From NCBI GenBank assembly GCA_028278265.1, contig JANQET010000236.1, positions 801 to 64,800 of the forward strand: a DNA stretch of 64,000 nt, read 5' to 3'. This DNA comes from Myxococcota bacterium. Its GTDB lineage: Bacteria > Myxococcota_A > Polyangia > JAAYKL01. Below, piece after piece: positions 47,892 to 57,682 of this stretch. The notes beneath the pieces are model-generated. The model was given only the letters and a program-made list of their open reading frames with translations. It was not told the origin of the DNA and did not search any database. Every line of letters begins with the position of its first letter. Position 1 is the stretch's first letter. Made by a program: the position numbers and the translations under genes.

Positions 47892-48890
47892 ATGACGTCG
47901 TACGGAAAGGTCGAAGTCCCCCTCGATCGGCGCGAATGGCGCCCCACACCCTTGATTGAGCAGGTGGTGCTCGTGACGACGATCAATCGCGATCAGGAAC
48001 CCCACGTGGCCACCAAGTCCCGCGTTTCGATCGTGACCTACGGCCCTCCGGCGGTGGTTTTTTTCGCCTGTCGGGCCGAGTTCGTCACCGCCAAGAACAT
48101 CCTGAAGACCGAGCAGTTTATCATCAACGTACCCAGCGACGATCTCGTCGCCACATCATGGGTGCTCGGCTCGGACCCCTCCGGGTTTGGTGCTGATCGC
48201 TTCGAGGACAACGGGCTGACCCCCATCCCGGCGGTCAAGCTCGACGCACCGCGCATCGCCGAGTGCCAAGCCCACTTGGAGTGCGAGTTGGTCGAGACCC
48301 GGCCGTTCGAAGAGGATTTTGCCGTCTTCGGCAGGGTGGTTTCGGTGACGATGAATGAGCGCGTCCTCGCCGGCAGCGCCACGCCGCGGTACCGCACCTT
48401 GGCCCCGTTCTTTTTCCTGGAGGCGGGATGGACCGCCTCGATGGGCTCGGCCCGGTTGGTCGAAAAACCTATTCCCGGTCCGCGGCACGATCGCACGGTG
48501 CTCCCGGTGAGCGAGATGGCCAGGTCGGTCGAGTTTTACCGGCAGGTCTTCGGTTGGCCGGTCAGTGTCGAGGATCCGAACTATGTCGAGTTCGAGTTGC
48601 CCAAAAATCGCCGCCTGGCCCTCTGCCGGCGCGAGACCATCGCCAAAACCACCGGCGTGCCGCTCAAGGCAGACTCAGCCGATGCATTGAGCGGCCTGGA
48701 GCTCCACTTTTACGGAGAAGACGCCCCGCACATTGTCGCCCGGCTCGTCGGGGCTCAGGCCCAACAGCTGACCCATCCGAGCAAGTTCGGCCGGTTCGAC
48801 GACGCCTCCTATTTTGTCGACCCCGACGGCCACCTGCTCGTTATCTCCCTTCGACCGACGGGCACCCCGGACCAGAAAACCGACATTTGA
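47892..48890 (+). CDS. flavin reductase-like (FMN-binding split barrel) domain fused to glyoxalase/VOC domain
   Basis: N-terminal half resembles flavin reductase domain proteins. C-terminal half (PVSEMARSVEFYRQVFGW...) resembles VOC/glyoxalase. Confidence 0.6.
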   Translation: MTSYGKVEVPLDRREWRPTPLIEQVVLVTTINRDQEPHVATKSRVSIVTYGPPAVVFFACRAEFVTAKNILKTEQFIINVPSDDLVATSWVLGSDPSGFGADRFEDNGLTPIPAVKLDAPRIAECQAHLECELVETRPFEEDFAVFGRVVSVTMNERVLAGSATPRYRTLAPFFFLEAGWTASMGSARLVEKPIPGPRHDRTVLPVSEMARSVEFYRQVFGWPVSVEDPNYVEFELPKNRRLALCRRETIAKTTGVPLKADSADALSGLELHFYGEDAPHIVARLVGAQAQQLTHPSKFGRFDDASYFVDPDGHLLVISLRPTGTPDQKTDI

Positions 48891-48926
48891 GCCACCGCTG
48901 GCGCCTGACTATCTCGGGGTAGACCA

Positions 48927-50219
48927 TTGGCCAAGACGATTAAGCTAAGTATCGCCCGGCAGATCGAAAAGTCGAAGGCCGAGGTGACGATTTTGTTCAG
49001 CGACATCGTCCATTCCACGCGATTTTGGGACAAACACGGGGATACGGCGGGCCGCCTGATGCTCGATTTGCACAACAAGCTGCTCTTTCCGGTAGTGACC
49101 ACCTTCAGGGGCACCGTGATCAAGACCATCGGCGATGCGATTATGGCCTCGTTCAAATCCCCCCGGGACGCGATTCGCGCTGCGATCGCGATGCAGCAAC
49201 GGCTGGCGAGAAGCCGAAAAAAAGATCCGGATTTCGACATTAAGATCCGTATCGGCATTCACACGGGTGAGGCCATCGTCGAAGCCAAGGATGTCTACGG
49301 CGATATGGTCAATGTGGCTTCGCGGGTCGAAGGGGCGGCCCGCTCCAATCAGATTCTCCTGTCCGGAAGCACCGTGGAGAAGCTCGGGCGAAAGCGAAAC
49401 GCCTATCTGATCAAGCGCAAGCGGAGCTTTGTGCCCAAGGGCAAAAAGAAGGCGCTGGTCGTCTGGACCTGCGATTGGGAAAAGCACCCCAGCCTCATCA
49501 ATGTGATCAAACAGGAGGGGTTCCTGCCGGCCAATCGGCGGCAGCAGGTCGAAGTCGTGGTCTATTTCGTCGTGGGGGTGTTGGGGCTCTACGCGCTGTT
49601 TGATCAGTTCGTTCGATACCTGTTGGCTGATTTCGAGTTCATCGCGCTCTATCTCCTCGATCCCCATCCGGTGCTCAAGTGGACTCTGATATCACTGATC
49701 CTGGTGGGGATCGGTTTTGGCGTGCGCTACTTTGTCCGCCTCAGAACCGTACCGGTTCGGATTCTGCGCATCGTCAAGGGGGGGTTCGGCTTCGGCGGGG
49801 TGATCCTGATCTGTCTGGCCGTCGGCAGTTGGATCGAGATGCCCACGGCCCGGTACTGGAGCAAACCGCTCTATCGCACCGCCCACGGTTTTGTCGAGGT
49901 GGTCGCCGATCAGGCGACGATTTTTCGGCGCGCGTCCACCAAGGCGCCGGTGTTGACCCGGGCCGAGCGGGGGGGACTCTATCTGCGCGCCGGTCAACTC
50001 AGACGGCAGAAACTCAAGTGGTACAAAATTCACATCCGCCACAAAGGCGCTCGGTACGGGTTTATCCAACACCAGCGACCCGCGGCATTCGGAGTGGCCG
50101 CATCTCAACTGACGAAGACGAGAAGACTCTCCATCCGGTACTACCATCTCTACGGGCTGTTGTTATCGCTGCTGGGATTTGTCTGGGGCCACCTGTCGTT
50201 TCGCCTGCGGCCGTTGTAG
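48927..50219 (+). CDS. class III adenylate/guanylate cyclase with C-terminal membrane domain
   Basis: CHD motifs (ILFSDIVHSTRF, KTIGDAIMASF, RIGIHTGEAIV), followed by several hydrophobic helices. Probable TTG start. Confidence 0.78.
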   Translation: MAKTIKLSIARQIEKSKAEVTILFSDIVHSTRFWDKHGDTAGRLMLDLHNKLLFPVVTTFRGTVIKTIGDAIMASFKSPRDAIRAAIAMQQRLARSRKKDPDFDIKIRIGIHTGEAIVEAKDVYGDMVNVASRVEGAARSNQILLSGSTVEKLGRKRNAYLIKRKRSFVPKGKKKALVVWTCDWEKHPSLINVIKQEGFLPANRRQQVEVVVYFVVGVLGLYALFDQFVRYLLADFEFIALYLLDPHPVLKWTLISLILVGIGFGVRYFVRLRTVPVRILRIVKGGFGFGGVILICLAVGSWIEMPTARYWSKPLYRTAHGFVEVVADQATIFRRASTKAPVLTRAERGGLYLRAGQLRRQKLKWYKIHIRHKGARYGFIQHQRPAAFGVAASQLTKTRRLSIRYYHLYGLLLSLLGFVWGHLSFRLRPL

Positions 50220-50283
50220 ATCGTCTGTCTATGCTGGGATGGGGCGGGCGGCCGGATAGGTGCGGGGGAAGTGCGGCTTCGCA

Positions 50284-50793
50284 CTAGAGTTCGATAATGA
50301 TGTCCGTGTCCGCGTCCGTGTCATCGTCGTTGTTGTCGTCATCATCATCATCGTCATCATCATCGTCGCAATCATCATTGTCGTCGTTGTTGTCGTCATC
50401 GTCATCATCGTCATCATCATCGTCGCAATCATCATTGTCGTCGTTGTTGTCGTCATCATCATCATCATCGTCATCATCATCGTCGCAATCATCGTTGTCG
50501 TCGTTGTTATCATCATTATCATCGTCATCGTCATCGTCATCGTCGTCATCGTCATCATCGCCGTCGTCGCAGTCGTCGTCTTCGGTGTCGTCATCGGGCT
50601 CGTCGTCCGTATCGTTGTCCCCGTCGTCGTCTTCGGTGTCCCCTTCGTCGCAGTTGTTGCCCCCTTGATCGTCATCAGTGATCAGGCAGCCGTTTTCGTC
50701 CAGGTAGAAGTCCGGCTCGAGACCACAGGAGGTGAGCATGAAAAATGCGAAGATAAAAACCACTGCGAAACACAACCATTCCAACGTTTTCAT
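50284..50793 (-). CDS. lipoprotein consisting almost entirely of poly-Asp/Asn with periodic Cys
   Basis: Start at M22 of the track ORF (MKTLEWLCFAVVFIFAFFMLTSCG lipobox). Mature protein about 80% D/N, three tandem D10-NN-DD-N-DD-C-D units. Confidence 0.6.
   Translation of the reverse strand: MKTLEWLCFAVVFIFAFFMLTSCGLEPDFYLDENGCLITDDDQGGNNCDEGDTEDDDGDNDTDDEPDDDTEDDDCDDGDDDDDDDDDDDDDDNDDNNDDNDDCDDDDDDDDDDDDNNDDNDDCDDDDDDDDDDDNNDDNDDCDDDDDDDDDDDNNDDDTDADTDIIIEL
50330..50560 (-). repeat. tandem repeat (~60-63 nt unit, 3 copies) within GAT/GAC-rich tract
   Basis: Unit ...gtcgcaatcatcattgtcgtcgttgttgtcgtcatc... recurs at ~50362, ~50422 and ~50485. Confidence 0.8.
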
Positions 50794-50948
50794 TTGTTCT
50801 CTCCTTGCTCGTCGGTTCTGATTTCCGGGCAGCTGCAAGATGAATACCATCGCCATTTAACTGGATTTTCAGGCCGAATTTGGTGGGTCAGCCGCTGTTA
50901 CGGTGTGCGGTCCAGTGTGCTGACAGTGTGCCGCACAGCCAGGTGTCC

Positions 50949-53900
50949 CTACTGGGCAACCCCTTGGGGTGTGGAGGGGCGCAGGGGGACCCGGTTGGCC
51001 ATCGAGGGACTGGTGATTGAGGGAATACCGATCGGCTCGGGTTCACCATTGGGAAACTTCGGTGAGAAGAAGGCCATACCATCCGGGCGATCCCGGCGGA
51101 TGGCGATGATCTCGCGCGCATCCAGGTCCGATGTCTCTTCAGCCACAATCATCACGTAGTTGACACCGTGCTTGAGCGGCAGCTCGGCTTCAAAGGTGAC
51201 TTCTGTGGGATCAGTTGCATCTGTATTGGATTTGAAAAACACCTTCTGCTCGTCCACGAAAATGTAGACATCGCGCACGTTTTTGTCGTCGCTGACCCTG
51301 CCCTTGAGTGTGATCGTGTCCGAGCGCACCACTTGCTCGGTCTCGTCAATGGACAACCGGGGCGGTGCATTCAACACGAAGTCGAGAGAGGGGTTGGCTT
51401 CGGCGGCTTGGTTCGCCGTGACCTCCCGGCGGTCGATCCATCCGATGCGGTGCTCGTCGATGCGGACGCGATAGAATTCGCCAATCCGACCATCAACCGA
51501 TCCGGTATCCGATAGGTACGCCACGATCGGCGCGTCATCCCGGGGCGCCTGTCTCAAGGCGGCTCGCTTTTCCTGCGGAGCGACGGTCGCCGTGTGGGGC
51601 TCGACCCGCTGGGCCGGGGTGATCGGAATGGTGATCTTTTCCACTGCATAAACCCGCAGATCCACGTCGGCGATGGCCAACTCCAACTTGGCCAGCGACT
51701 CGGTGAATTCGGGCTTCACGTCAAATGAAAAGACAATTTGGTGGCGTTTGCCCGGTTCGAATTTGCCGAACGATTCCCGGCCGCGCACCATGAACAGCTC
51801 TTTTCCCGAGAGGCTCTTCAAGCTGGCATAGCTCTCCAGGGAGGCCCCTTCGCCGACGTTTTCAACATCTACAATAAATTCAACAGATTCACCGGGCTGG
51901 AGACCACCGTCTCCATTGCCCCCTTTTTGATCGACCATTTGGAAGCCGTAAGCGAATCTGGGCCGGGGCAGCGCCTCGACCTGAAACCGCAGGGCCGTCG
52001 AGGTGACCGGTCGGCTGTTGGCTTCGGTAAAACTGAACCGAACATCGTCCACCCGGCTCAGAGCGTCCTTGGGAACCTTGAATTTCAACTCGCGGGTGAT
52101 CGTCTGTCCCGGTTCGATTCTGCCGAAAGCCAACTCCCGTTCGTCCAACGGCCTGAAATCACACCGGGTCGTCGAATGGAGACGATAAACCGTACCGGGG
52201 CCCCGATTGGTCACTGCCATGCTGATCCGGTGGGGCTTACCCGGTTCGAGGGGCTTGGGGTCGACCAGTTTGGCGATGACCGAAACATCTACGGTTCGAT
52301 CATCGGGCTGAACACTCCAGTCAATCCCCAGCTTTTTGAGCGCCTTGGCCAGTCGCCGTTCCTCGATATTGGTGCGTTCCTTGATCAAAGAGACGAGGGA
52401 CGCCGCGTCGACGTTGGACTGACCGGACTGAGCCATCTCCAACACCAGATCCCGGGCGAAATCAATCTCGAAATCGGGTTTGAACGATTGGTCCGCTGCC
52501 CCTGCGGCGGCCGGAGGCGGGGCCGGGGTCGGGGTTGGGGCAGCCGGGTTGGGGCTCTGACCCGTACCGGAGGTTGCAGGTTTAGGGGTCGGGGTCCACA
52601 AGTAGTTGAGCGTGGTGGCCGGGCGCTTGGCCGCTGCCGAAAGTCGCGCACTCTCGAAATGGTGGTCCAGATCGCTCTCCCGGTAGCGGGGTTCGACCAC
52701 CAGATCGAGCCGCTCTTCATCGGCGCGCATGGGCAGTGATTCCACATGGGGGGTCACCCCCACCGACTGGATCGAAATGTCTCCGGGGGTGAGGTATTGG
52801 GCAGTGGTCAACTTGAGCGCCGAGTTGTTGGCAAATCCCCTCTCGTAGAGCACCTGCACCGAGCCCTTGCCGAAGGTTCGCTGGCCGACCACGAGGGCGC
52901 GGTTGTGGTTTTTCAGCGCGCCGGCGACGATCTCAGAGGCCGAGGCGCTGCCCGCGTTGACCAGTAATACGATGGGATAGTCGGGCTCGTTGTTGTCGTC
53001 GCGCGCCCTTCTGATGTCCCGCTCGGCCGGTCCCTGTCCGGCGGTCGTTACGATCACCCCGCGCTTGAGGAACCGGTCGGAGACCCGGATTGCCGCATCC
53101 AGCAAACCGCCGGGGTTGTTGCGCAGGTCGAGCACCAACCCCCGGATATTCTTGCGCTCCAACTCGGCGAGGTGCTTGTTGAGATCCTTCGCCGTGTTGC
53201 CCTGAAAGTCCTTGATGCGGATGTAACCTATTTTTTTGGACAAAAGCTGGGATTCGATGCTGCGCACCTCGATAATTGCGCGGATGATTTGAAACGCTAT
53301 TGGCTCTTCCCACCCCTTGCGCACCACTTCGACGGCCACGGTGGTTCCCGGATCGCCGCGCAGGAGAGTAACCGCGTCATTGAGGGCCATGGAAACCGTT
53401 GAGACATCGTCGATTTTGACGATTTTATCACCCGATTTGAGCCCGGCGATATCGGCCGGGGTGCCGTCAATCGGTGAAATAACGGTCAGCGCCCCGTCCC
53501 GAATCGAAATCACAATGCCCAGGCCGCCGAACTTCCCTTGGGTCTTGTCTTTCATGTTGCGGTACATCTCCGGCGTCAGAAAGACGGAATGGGGATCGAG
53601 GGTCTGCAACATCCCGTTGATCACGGAGTACTCGAGCTCGATGAACCGTTTCTTATCCTCCTTGAAGTTGCTCCTTAAGAAATCAAAGACATCTTTGATG
53701 CGCTGCAGCAGCACCCAGGGGGTGGTCAGCTCATCGAGGGCAAACTGCCGCTCCTCGGTGTTGAAGCGAATGAAGAGCTGTTCCCCCTGCTCCCGCACCA
53801 GCACATTGGCCACCTCCCGTTGAACGGCGCGGGTCGCGGCGATGAACATCTCCCGGGCGTCGATGCGGGAGGCGTCGATGTAGTGCTTTTGGACGAGGTT

Positions 53901-54089
53901 AATCGTGCGGTAGAGCGCCTTCAAGGACTGCATGTCGTGAGGGACGCGGGCGCGTGCCGGTGTCGACCGCTGGTCCACATCGAGCTCCAGTCCCTGGTGG
54001 GCGGGGTCCCAGAATGTCACATATGCGGCAATGGCCAGCACCACGGCAATGAGCAGGGCGCCGCGAAACCCTTTGTGTTTACCCGTCAT
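50949..54089 (-). CDS. S41 family C-terminal processing (tail-specific) protease, unusually large (1046 aa) with long C-terminal extension
   Basis: PDZ domain (GLKSGDKIVKIDD), S41 catalytic region (LVLDLRNNPGGLL, TFGKGSVQ), N-terminal TM anchor, about 550-aa C-terminal region of unknown function. Confidence 0.82.
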   Translation of the reverse strand: MTGKHKGFRGALLIAVVLAIAAYVTFWDPAHQGLELDVDQRSTPARARVPHDMQSLKALYRTINLVQKHYIDASRIDAREMFIAATRAVQREVANVLVREQGEQLFIRFNTEERQFALDELTTPWVLLQRIKDVFDFLRSNFKEDKKRFIELEYSVINGMLQTLDPHSVFLTPEMYRNMKDKTQGKFGGLGIVISIRDGALTVISPIDGTPADIAGLKSGDKIVKIDDVSTVSMALNDAVTLLRGDPGTTVAVEVVRKGWEEPIAFQIIRAIIEVRSIESQLLSKKIGYIRIKDFQGNTAKDLNKHLAELERKNIRGLVLDLRNNPGGLLDAAIRVSDRFLKRGVIVTTAGQGPAERDIRRARDDNNEPDYPIVLLVNAGSASASEIVAGALKNHNRALVVGQRTFGKGSVQVLYERGFANNSALKLTTAQYLTPGDISIQSVGVTPHVESLPMRADEERLDLVVEPRYRESDLDHHFESARLSAAAKRPATTLNYLWTPTPKPATSGTGQSPNPAAPTPTPAPPPAAAGAADQSFKPDFEIDFARDLVLEMAQSGQSNVDAASLVSLIKERTNIEERRLAKALKKLGIDWSVQPDDRTVDVSVIAKLVDPKPLEPGKPHRISMAVTNRGPGTVYRLHSTTRCDFRPLDERELAFGRIEPGQTITRELKFKVPKDALSRVDDVRFSFTEANSRPVTSTALRFQVEALPRPRFAYGFQMVDQKGGNGDGGLQPGESVEFIVDVENVGEGASLESYASLKSLSGKELFMVRGRESFGKFEPGKRHQIVFSFDVKPEFTESLAKLELAIADVDLRVYAVEKITIPITPAQRVEPHTATVAPQEKRAALRQAPRDDAPIVAYLSDTGSVDGRIGEFYRVRIDEHRIGWIDRREVTANQAAEANPSLDFVLNAPPRLSIDETEQVVRSDTITLKGRVSDDKNVRDVYIFVDEQKVFFKSNTDATDPTEVTFEAELPLKHGVNYVMIVAEETSDLDAREIIAIRRDRPDGMAFFSPKFPNGEPEPIGIPSITSPSMANRVPLRPSTPQGVAQ

Positions 54090-54119
54090 GCGTCACAGCT
54101 GTGAAAATTGGCATAGGGG

Positions 54120-54518
54120 TTAATCGGATGGTTTATCGTCATTTTCTTCGGTCGTTGGGGTCAGTTTTCGTATCGGTCGGCGCTCCACTTGTAGCTCCAA
54201 AACCTCGGTTCCTCTCTTTATAGTTAATAGCACATTTGAGCCCACCGGTCCGCGAATTGCGTCCCGCACCGCTTCGTGGGAGGCATTGGTGACGTCCTCA
54301 CCGTCCACGGCGAGGACCCGATCCCCGCGCTTGAGCCCTGCGGTTTCACTGGCCGATTGCGGCCGCACTTCGTACACAATAGTGCTCTTGTCCTTTGCCC
54401 GGTAGCGAAACACCGCATCGGCACTGCCCACCCAAGTGTTGGGAGTCGACATGCACCCTATGAGAATCATGTACCCAATAAGCCATACGAAATGTGATTT
54501 GAACCATTTTCCCAACAT
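54120..54518 (-). CDS. small PDZ-domain protein
   Basis: GLKRGDRVLAVDGEDV PDZ motif. N-terminal TM/signal. Confidence 0.5.
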   Translation of the reverse strand: MLGKWFKSHFVWLIGYMILIGCMSTPNTWVGSADAVFRYRAKDKSTIVYEVRPQSASETAGLKRGDRVLAVDGEDVTNASHEAVRDAIRGPVGSNVLLTIKRGTEVLELQVERRPIRKLTPTTEENDDKPSD

Positions 54519-54739
54519 GATGTAGTCGCTCCTGATATAAAAGGTGTCGTTCTTTACTATCACGATCCAAACTCGGCTATAATAACTTTGTATTCGATGG
54601 GACCAAATAGTATTTGTCTAAAGTGAAAAAGAAATATAACAACGTAAAAAAATTTTAGGCGCGGTTCGAGGATTTAAAAATGACTAAAATCGGACAGTCT
54701 CACCAATTTTTGTCGCTGTTTCGACACCGATTCGGGCCA

Positions 54740-56173
54740 ATGCCTCGTACTGCGGGGTGGGGCCGATCGCTCCTCGGCTGGATGGGTGTGCTCTGCTGTT
54801 GGGCATCAATGCTGGGGATGAGCGTGGGCTGTTCGGACGACCCGGACCCGAATGAGGAGATGGACGCGGGCGCCGACGCGCAAGAGGACGAGGACTCGGA
54901 GACCGAGACCGAAACCGAGACCGATTCCGAGGTGGATACCGGCGAGAACGAGATCCCGCCTCCCCTGCCGGAACTGTGTGATATCTCCCTGCTCGAATAT
55001 CCAGTGAGCGGCGACGGGGACGGCCGATCCCCGGATATCGCTGCCGACGGTACGGCCATGATCACCTGGGCACACAACGATCAATCCGGCACGACCGGGT
55101 GGCGGCTGATCGTCGCTCCATACGATCCGTCGGTTCTCGATCATGCGGACACCGACAGCGATGTGGACACGGATACGAGTCCCCTCGGCGACGAAGTGAT
55201 CATCGAATCCACCGGACCCAAGAGCAGACAGCCTGTGGTGGCCGCGCGTTCCAATGCCTTTGGATTGGCTTGGTTGGACGCGAGGGATGACGATGAGTGC
55301 GATCCCAATAACTGGTCTTCTTGTCAACGAGAGTTGTTGTTTCTGCTCGTCGATCAAATGGGACAGCCGATCAATGGACCGGTGCCGGTCCAGATCACCA
55401 ATCTGACCACTTCTGGGGGATCGGTGGTGACCCGGCCGTCCATCGTGGCCACAACGACGGGCTACTTGCTGGTCTGGAACGAACGCAGCGGAGGTAGCGT
55501 ACAGGTGATGGCCCGTGCCCTCGACGCCAACGGGGATTTTGTCGATGCGGCGGCGCATCAAGTGTCCGAGGCAGAGGGGGTCTATGAGACCCAGAGTCCG
55601 GAGGTGGCGGCGCGAGGAACCAATGTGGTGGTCGTCTGGCTCGCCAAGAGTCAGTACGGTCTGCACTCCCGGGCTCTCGGCACCAACGGGGGACCCGTCG
55701 GAGCGGTACAGGAAATTCAATCGGATATTTGGTGCCTCGATCCGGCTATTGCCGCCGGCAGTGACGGGTTTGTCGTCTCCTGGAGCTCCCGGCCGGTGAA
55801 CGATCACGAAGTGTTCACGATGAAATTGAATTCGGTCGGCACCCCCGTGGGGCAGCGCCATCGCATCACCTGGACCACGTCGGACGTCAACCATTCCGCG
55901 ATCGCCTGGAACGAAATCCAGTCCAGGTACGGGATCAGTTGGCAGAGCAGTTTGGCCAACGGAAGCGACGACCCATTTCCCAGTCCGCAGGTCTTTGTAT
56001 CGGTACTGGACAACGACGGTAAATTGGCCAGCGTGCCGGTCAAGGTGTCAGACGATCCCAATCCGGGAACGGAGATGATTCTGGCTGCGGACGGTAGCGG
56101 GTGGACCGCAGCCTGGCAGGTGATCGGTGCCGGACGAAAGCGAGTGTTCATCGGACGCATGAAGCTCAAGTGA
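54740..56173 (+). CDS. lipoprotein with acidic ETETETD tract and ~8 W-containing repeats (beta-propeller-like)
   Basis: Lipobox SVGCSD. Recurring ~45-aa units ending in xxxW (ITWAHND, LAWLDARD, LVWNERSG, VVVWLAKS, VVSWSSRP, IAWNEIQ, ISWQSSL, AAWQVIG). Confidence 0.45.
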   Translation: MPRTAGWGRSLLGWMGVLCCWASMLGMSVGCSDDPDPNEEMDAGADAQEDEDSETETETETDSEVDTGENEIPPPLPELCDISLLEYPVSGDGDGRSPDIAADGTAMITWAHNDQSGTTGWRLIVAPYDPSVLDHADTDSDVDTDTSPLGDEVIIESTGPKSRQPVVAARSNAFGLAWLDARDDDECDPNNWSSCQRELLFLLVDQMGQPINGPVPVQITNLTTSGGSVVTRPSIVATTTGYLLVWNERSGGSVQVMARALDANGDFVDAAAHQVSEAEGVYETQSPEVAARGTNVVVVWLAKSQYGLHSRALGTNGGPVGAVQEIQSDIWCLDPAIAAGSDGFVVSWSSRPVNDHEVFTMKLNSVGTPVGQRHRITWTTSDVNHSAIAWNEIQSRYGISWQSSLANGSDDPFPSPQVFVSVLDNDGKLASVPVKVSDDPNPGTEMILAADGSGWTAAWQVIGAGRKRVFIGRMKLK

Positions 56174-56272
56174 TCTGTCGATGTGATGAAAGTTGACACG
56201 GTAAAAAGCAAGGTTGTACGTTGAATTTTCGTTGTGATTTTCTTGACCGCAGAGTTTTGAGAAAGTAGCGCG

Positions 56273-57682
56273 ATGTACAAGCTCGTCATCTGCGACGATG
56301 AAGGTAAAACAACTATTGTTCCGCTGATCAGGGACGAGATTACGGTCGGTCGTTTGGAGGGAAATACGATACGGCTCACCGATCGCAATATCTCGCGCCA
56401 TCACGCCCGCCTTATTCGCAAAGACGATTTGTTCATCATCGAAGACCTCAACAGTCTCTGCGGCACCAAGATCAACGGCAAGCCGGTCGCCAAAAAAGCG
56501 CAAAAAATCACCCCTAAGGATCAGATTACGATTGGCGACTACTCCCTCTCGATCCGCACTGACGTCTCCGCCGAAGTGCCCTTGGGCAAGCAGATGGACC
56601 CGGGCGACAGCGCCGGTATCGGCAAGGTGGCCTCCCGGGCGCGTCTGGTCATGCTCACCGATCCTTCCCCTGGATTGGACGTCGAGTTGACCGCCGATTT
56701 GTACGTATTGGGGCGCTCGGACGATGCCAATTTTCGCATCAATCACCCGTCGATCTCCCGGGCCCACACCCGACTCGATCACTCTGATGGGGAGTGGACG
56801 ATTTCCGATCTCGACAGCATTAACGGAATATTAATCAACGGGCTGAAGAAAGACGACTATGTCCTCAAATCCGGCGATATTGTTCAGCTCGGGGTGGTTC
56901 AACTGCGGTATGTCGCCCCTGGTGAGCCGTACGAATTCAATCCGTCCGACTCTGTCGCTCCGGTCGAGACGAAGCGGCCGGGCAGTGCGCTCAAAGCGTT
57001 TTATATCATCGGTGCGGTGGCGATTATCGCCGCCGGGGCGATCGTCGCATCGGTCGTTTACAAACAGCGATCCGGCGATTCGGCTGACCCGGATCCCACC
57101 GTCTTGGGTGAAGAGTTTCAGACGGTGACCTTCGAAGAGCTGATGGAGCAGGGCAAGGATAAAATCCAGACCGAAGAGTGGGCCGAGGCCGCCCATCTTT
57201 TTGCCCTGTGCCTACAAAAGCGATCCAAGAGCCAAAGCGCTCGCGATCTCAAAGAGCTCGCCATTCGGGAGTCCGACGCCCAGCAGGCGTTCAACAAAGC
57301 CCTCGTCGCCCTCGAGAACAAGAGTTGGCGCCGCGCCTTTGAACTGCTGTCGAGCATTCCCCGCTCCAGCCATTACTACGATGTCGAGCAGATCAAGAAT
57401 GTGTCGGACATGCTGTGTGTGCAGCTGATCAAGCGGGCGCGCAAGGCAGTGGTAAAGGGCAACCTTCCCCGGGCGATGGAGATTCTCGGTGAGATCGACG
57501 GGCTGCCGGAGACACCGCAGAGCTGCAAAGACAAGCAGCGCCTGATCATCGAAGAGATCGAGCCCCGGCTGTCCGGCGGCGATCAATCCCGCAAGTCCGG
57601 TTCGAGCCGTTCCAGAACCACCGATCCGGATCGCAGCAGGCGGCCGCGGAAAAAGAGCTCGATCAACAATCCCTACGATTAG
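56273..57682 (+). CDS. protein with two FHA domains, a TM segment and helical/TPR-like C-terminus
   Basis: FHA1 ITVGRLEGNTIRLTDRNISRHHARL. FHA2 YVLGRSDDANFRINHPSISRAHTRL. Confidence 0.78.
   Translation: MYKLVICDDEGKTTIVPLIRDEITVGRLEGNTIRLTDRNISRHHARLIRKDDLFIIEDLNSLCGTKINGKPVAKKAQKITPKDQITIGDYSLSIRTDVSAEVPLGKQMDPGDSAGIGKVASRARLVMLTDPSPGLDVELTADLYVLGRSDDANFRINHPSISRAHTRLDHSDGEWTISDLDSINGILINGLKKDDYVLKSGDIVQLGVVQLRYVAPGEPYEFNPSDSVAPVETKRPGSALKAFYIIGAVAIIAAGAIVASVVYKQRSGDSADPDPTVLGEEFQTVTFEELMEQGKDKIQTEEWAEAAHLFALCLQKRSKSQSARDLKELAIRESDAQQAFNKALVALENKSWRRAFELLSSIPRSSHYYDVEQIKNVSDMLCVQLIKRARKAVVKGNLPRAMEILGEIDGLPETPQSCKDKQRLIIEEIEPRLSGGDQSRKSGSSRSRTTDPDRSRRPRKKSSINNPYD

Noticed and set aside
50260-50675. 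Plus-strand ORFs encoding IIIVVVV… and SSSSSS… polymers, and a minus-strand MTTTTMM… ORF
   Set aside because: They are other frames of the poly-Asp coding tandem repeat. Only the Asp frame is preceded by a lipoprotein signal peptide and an RBS.
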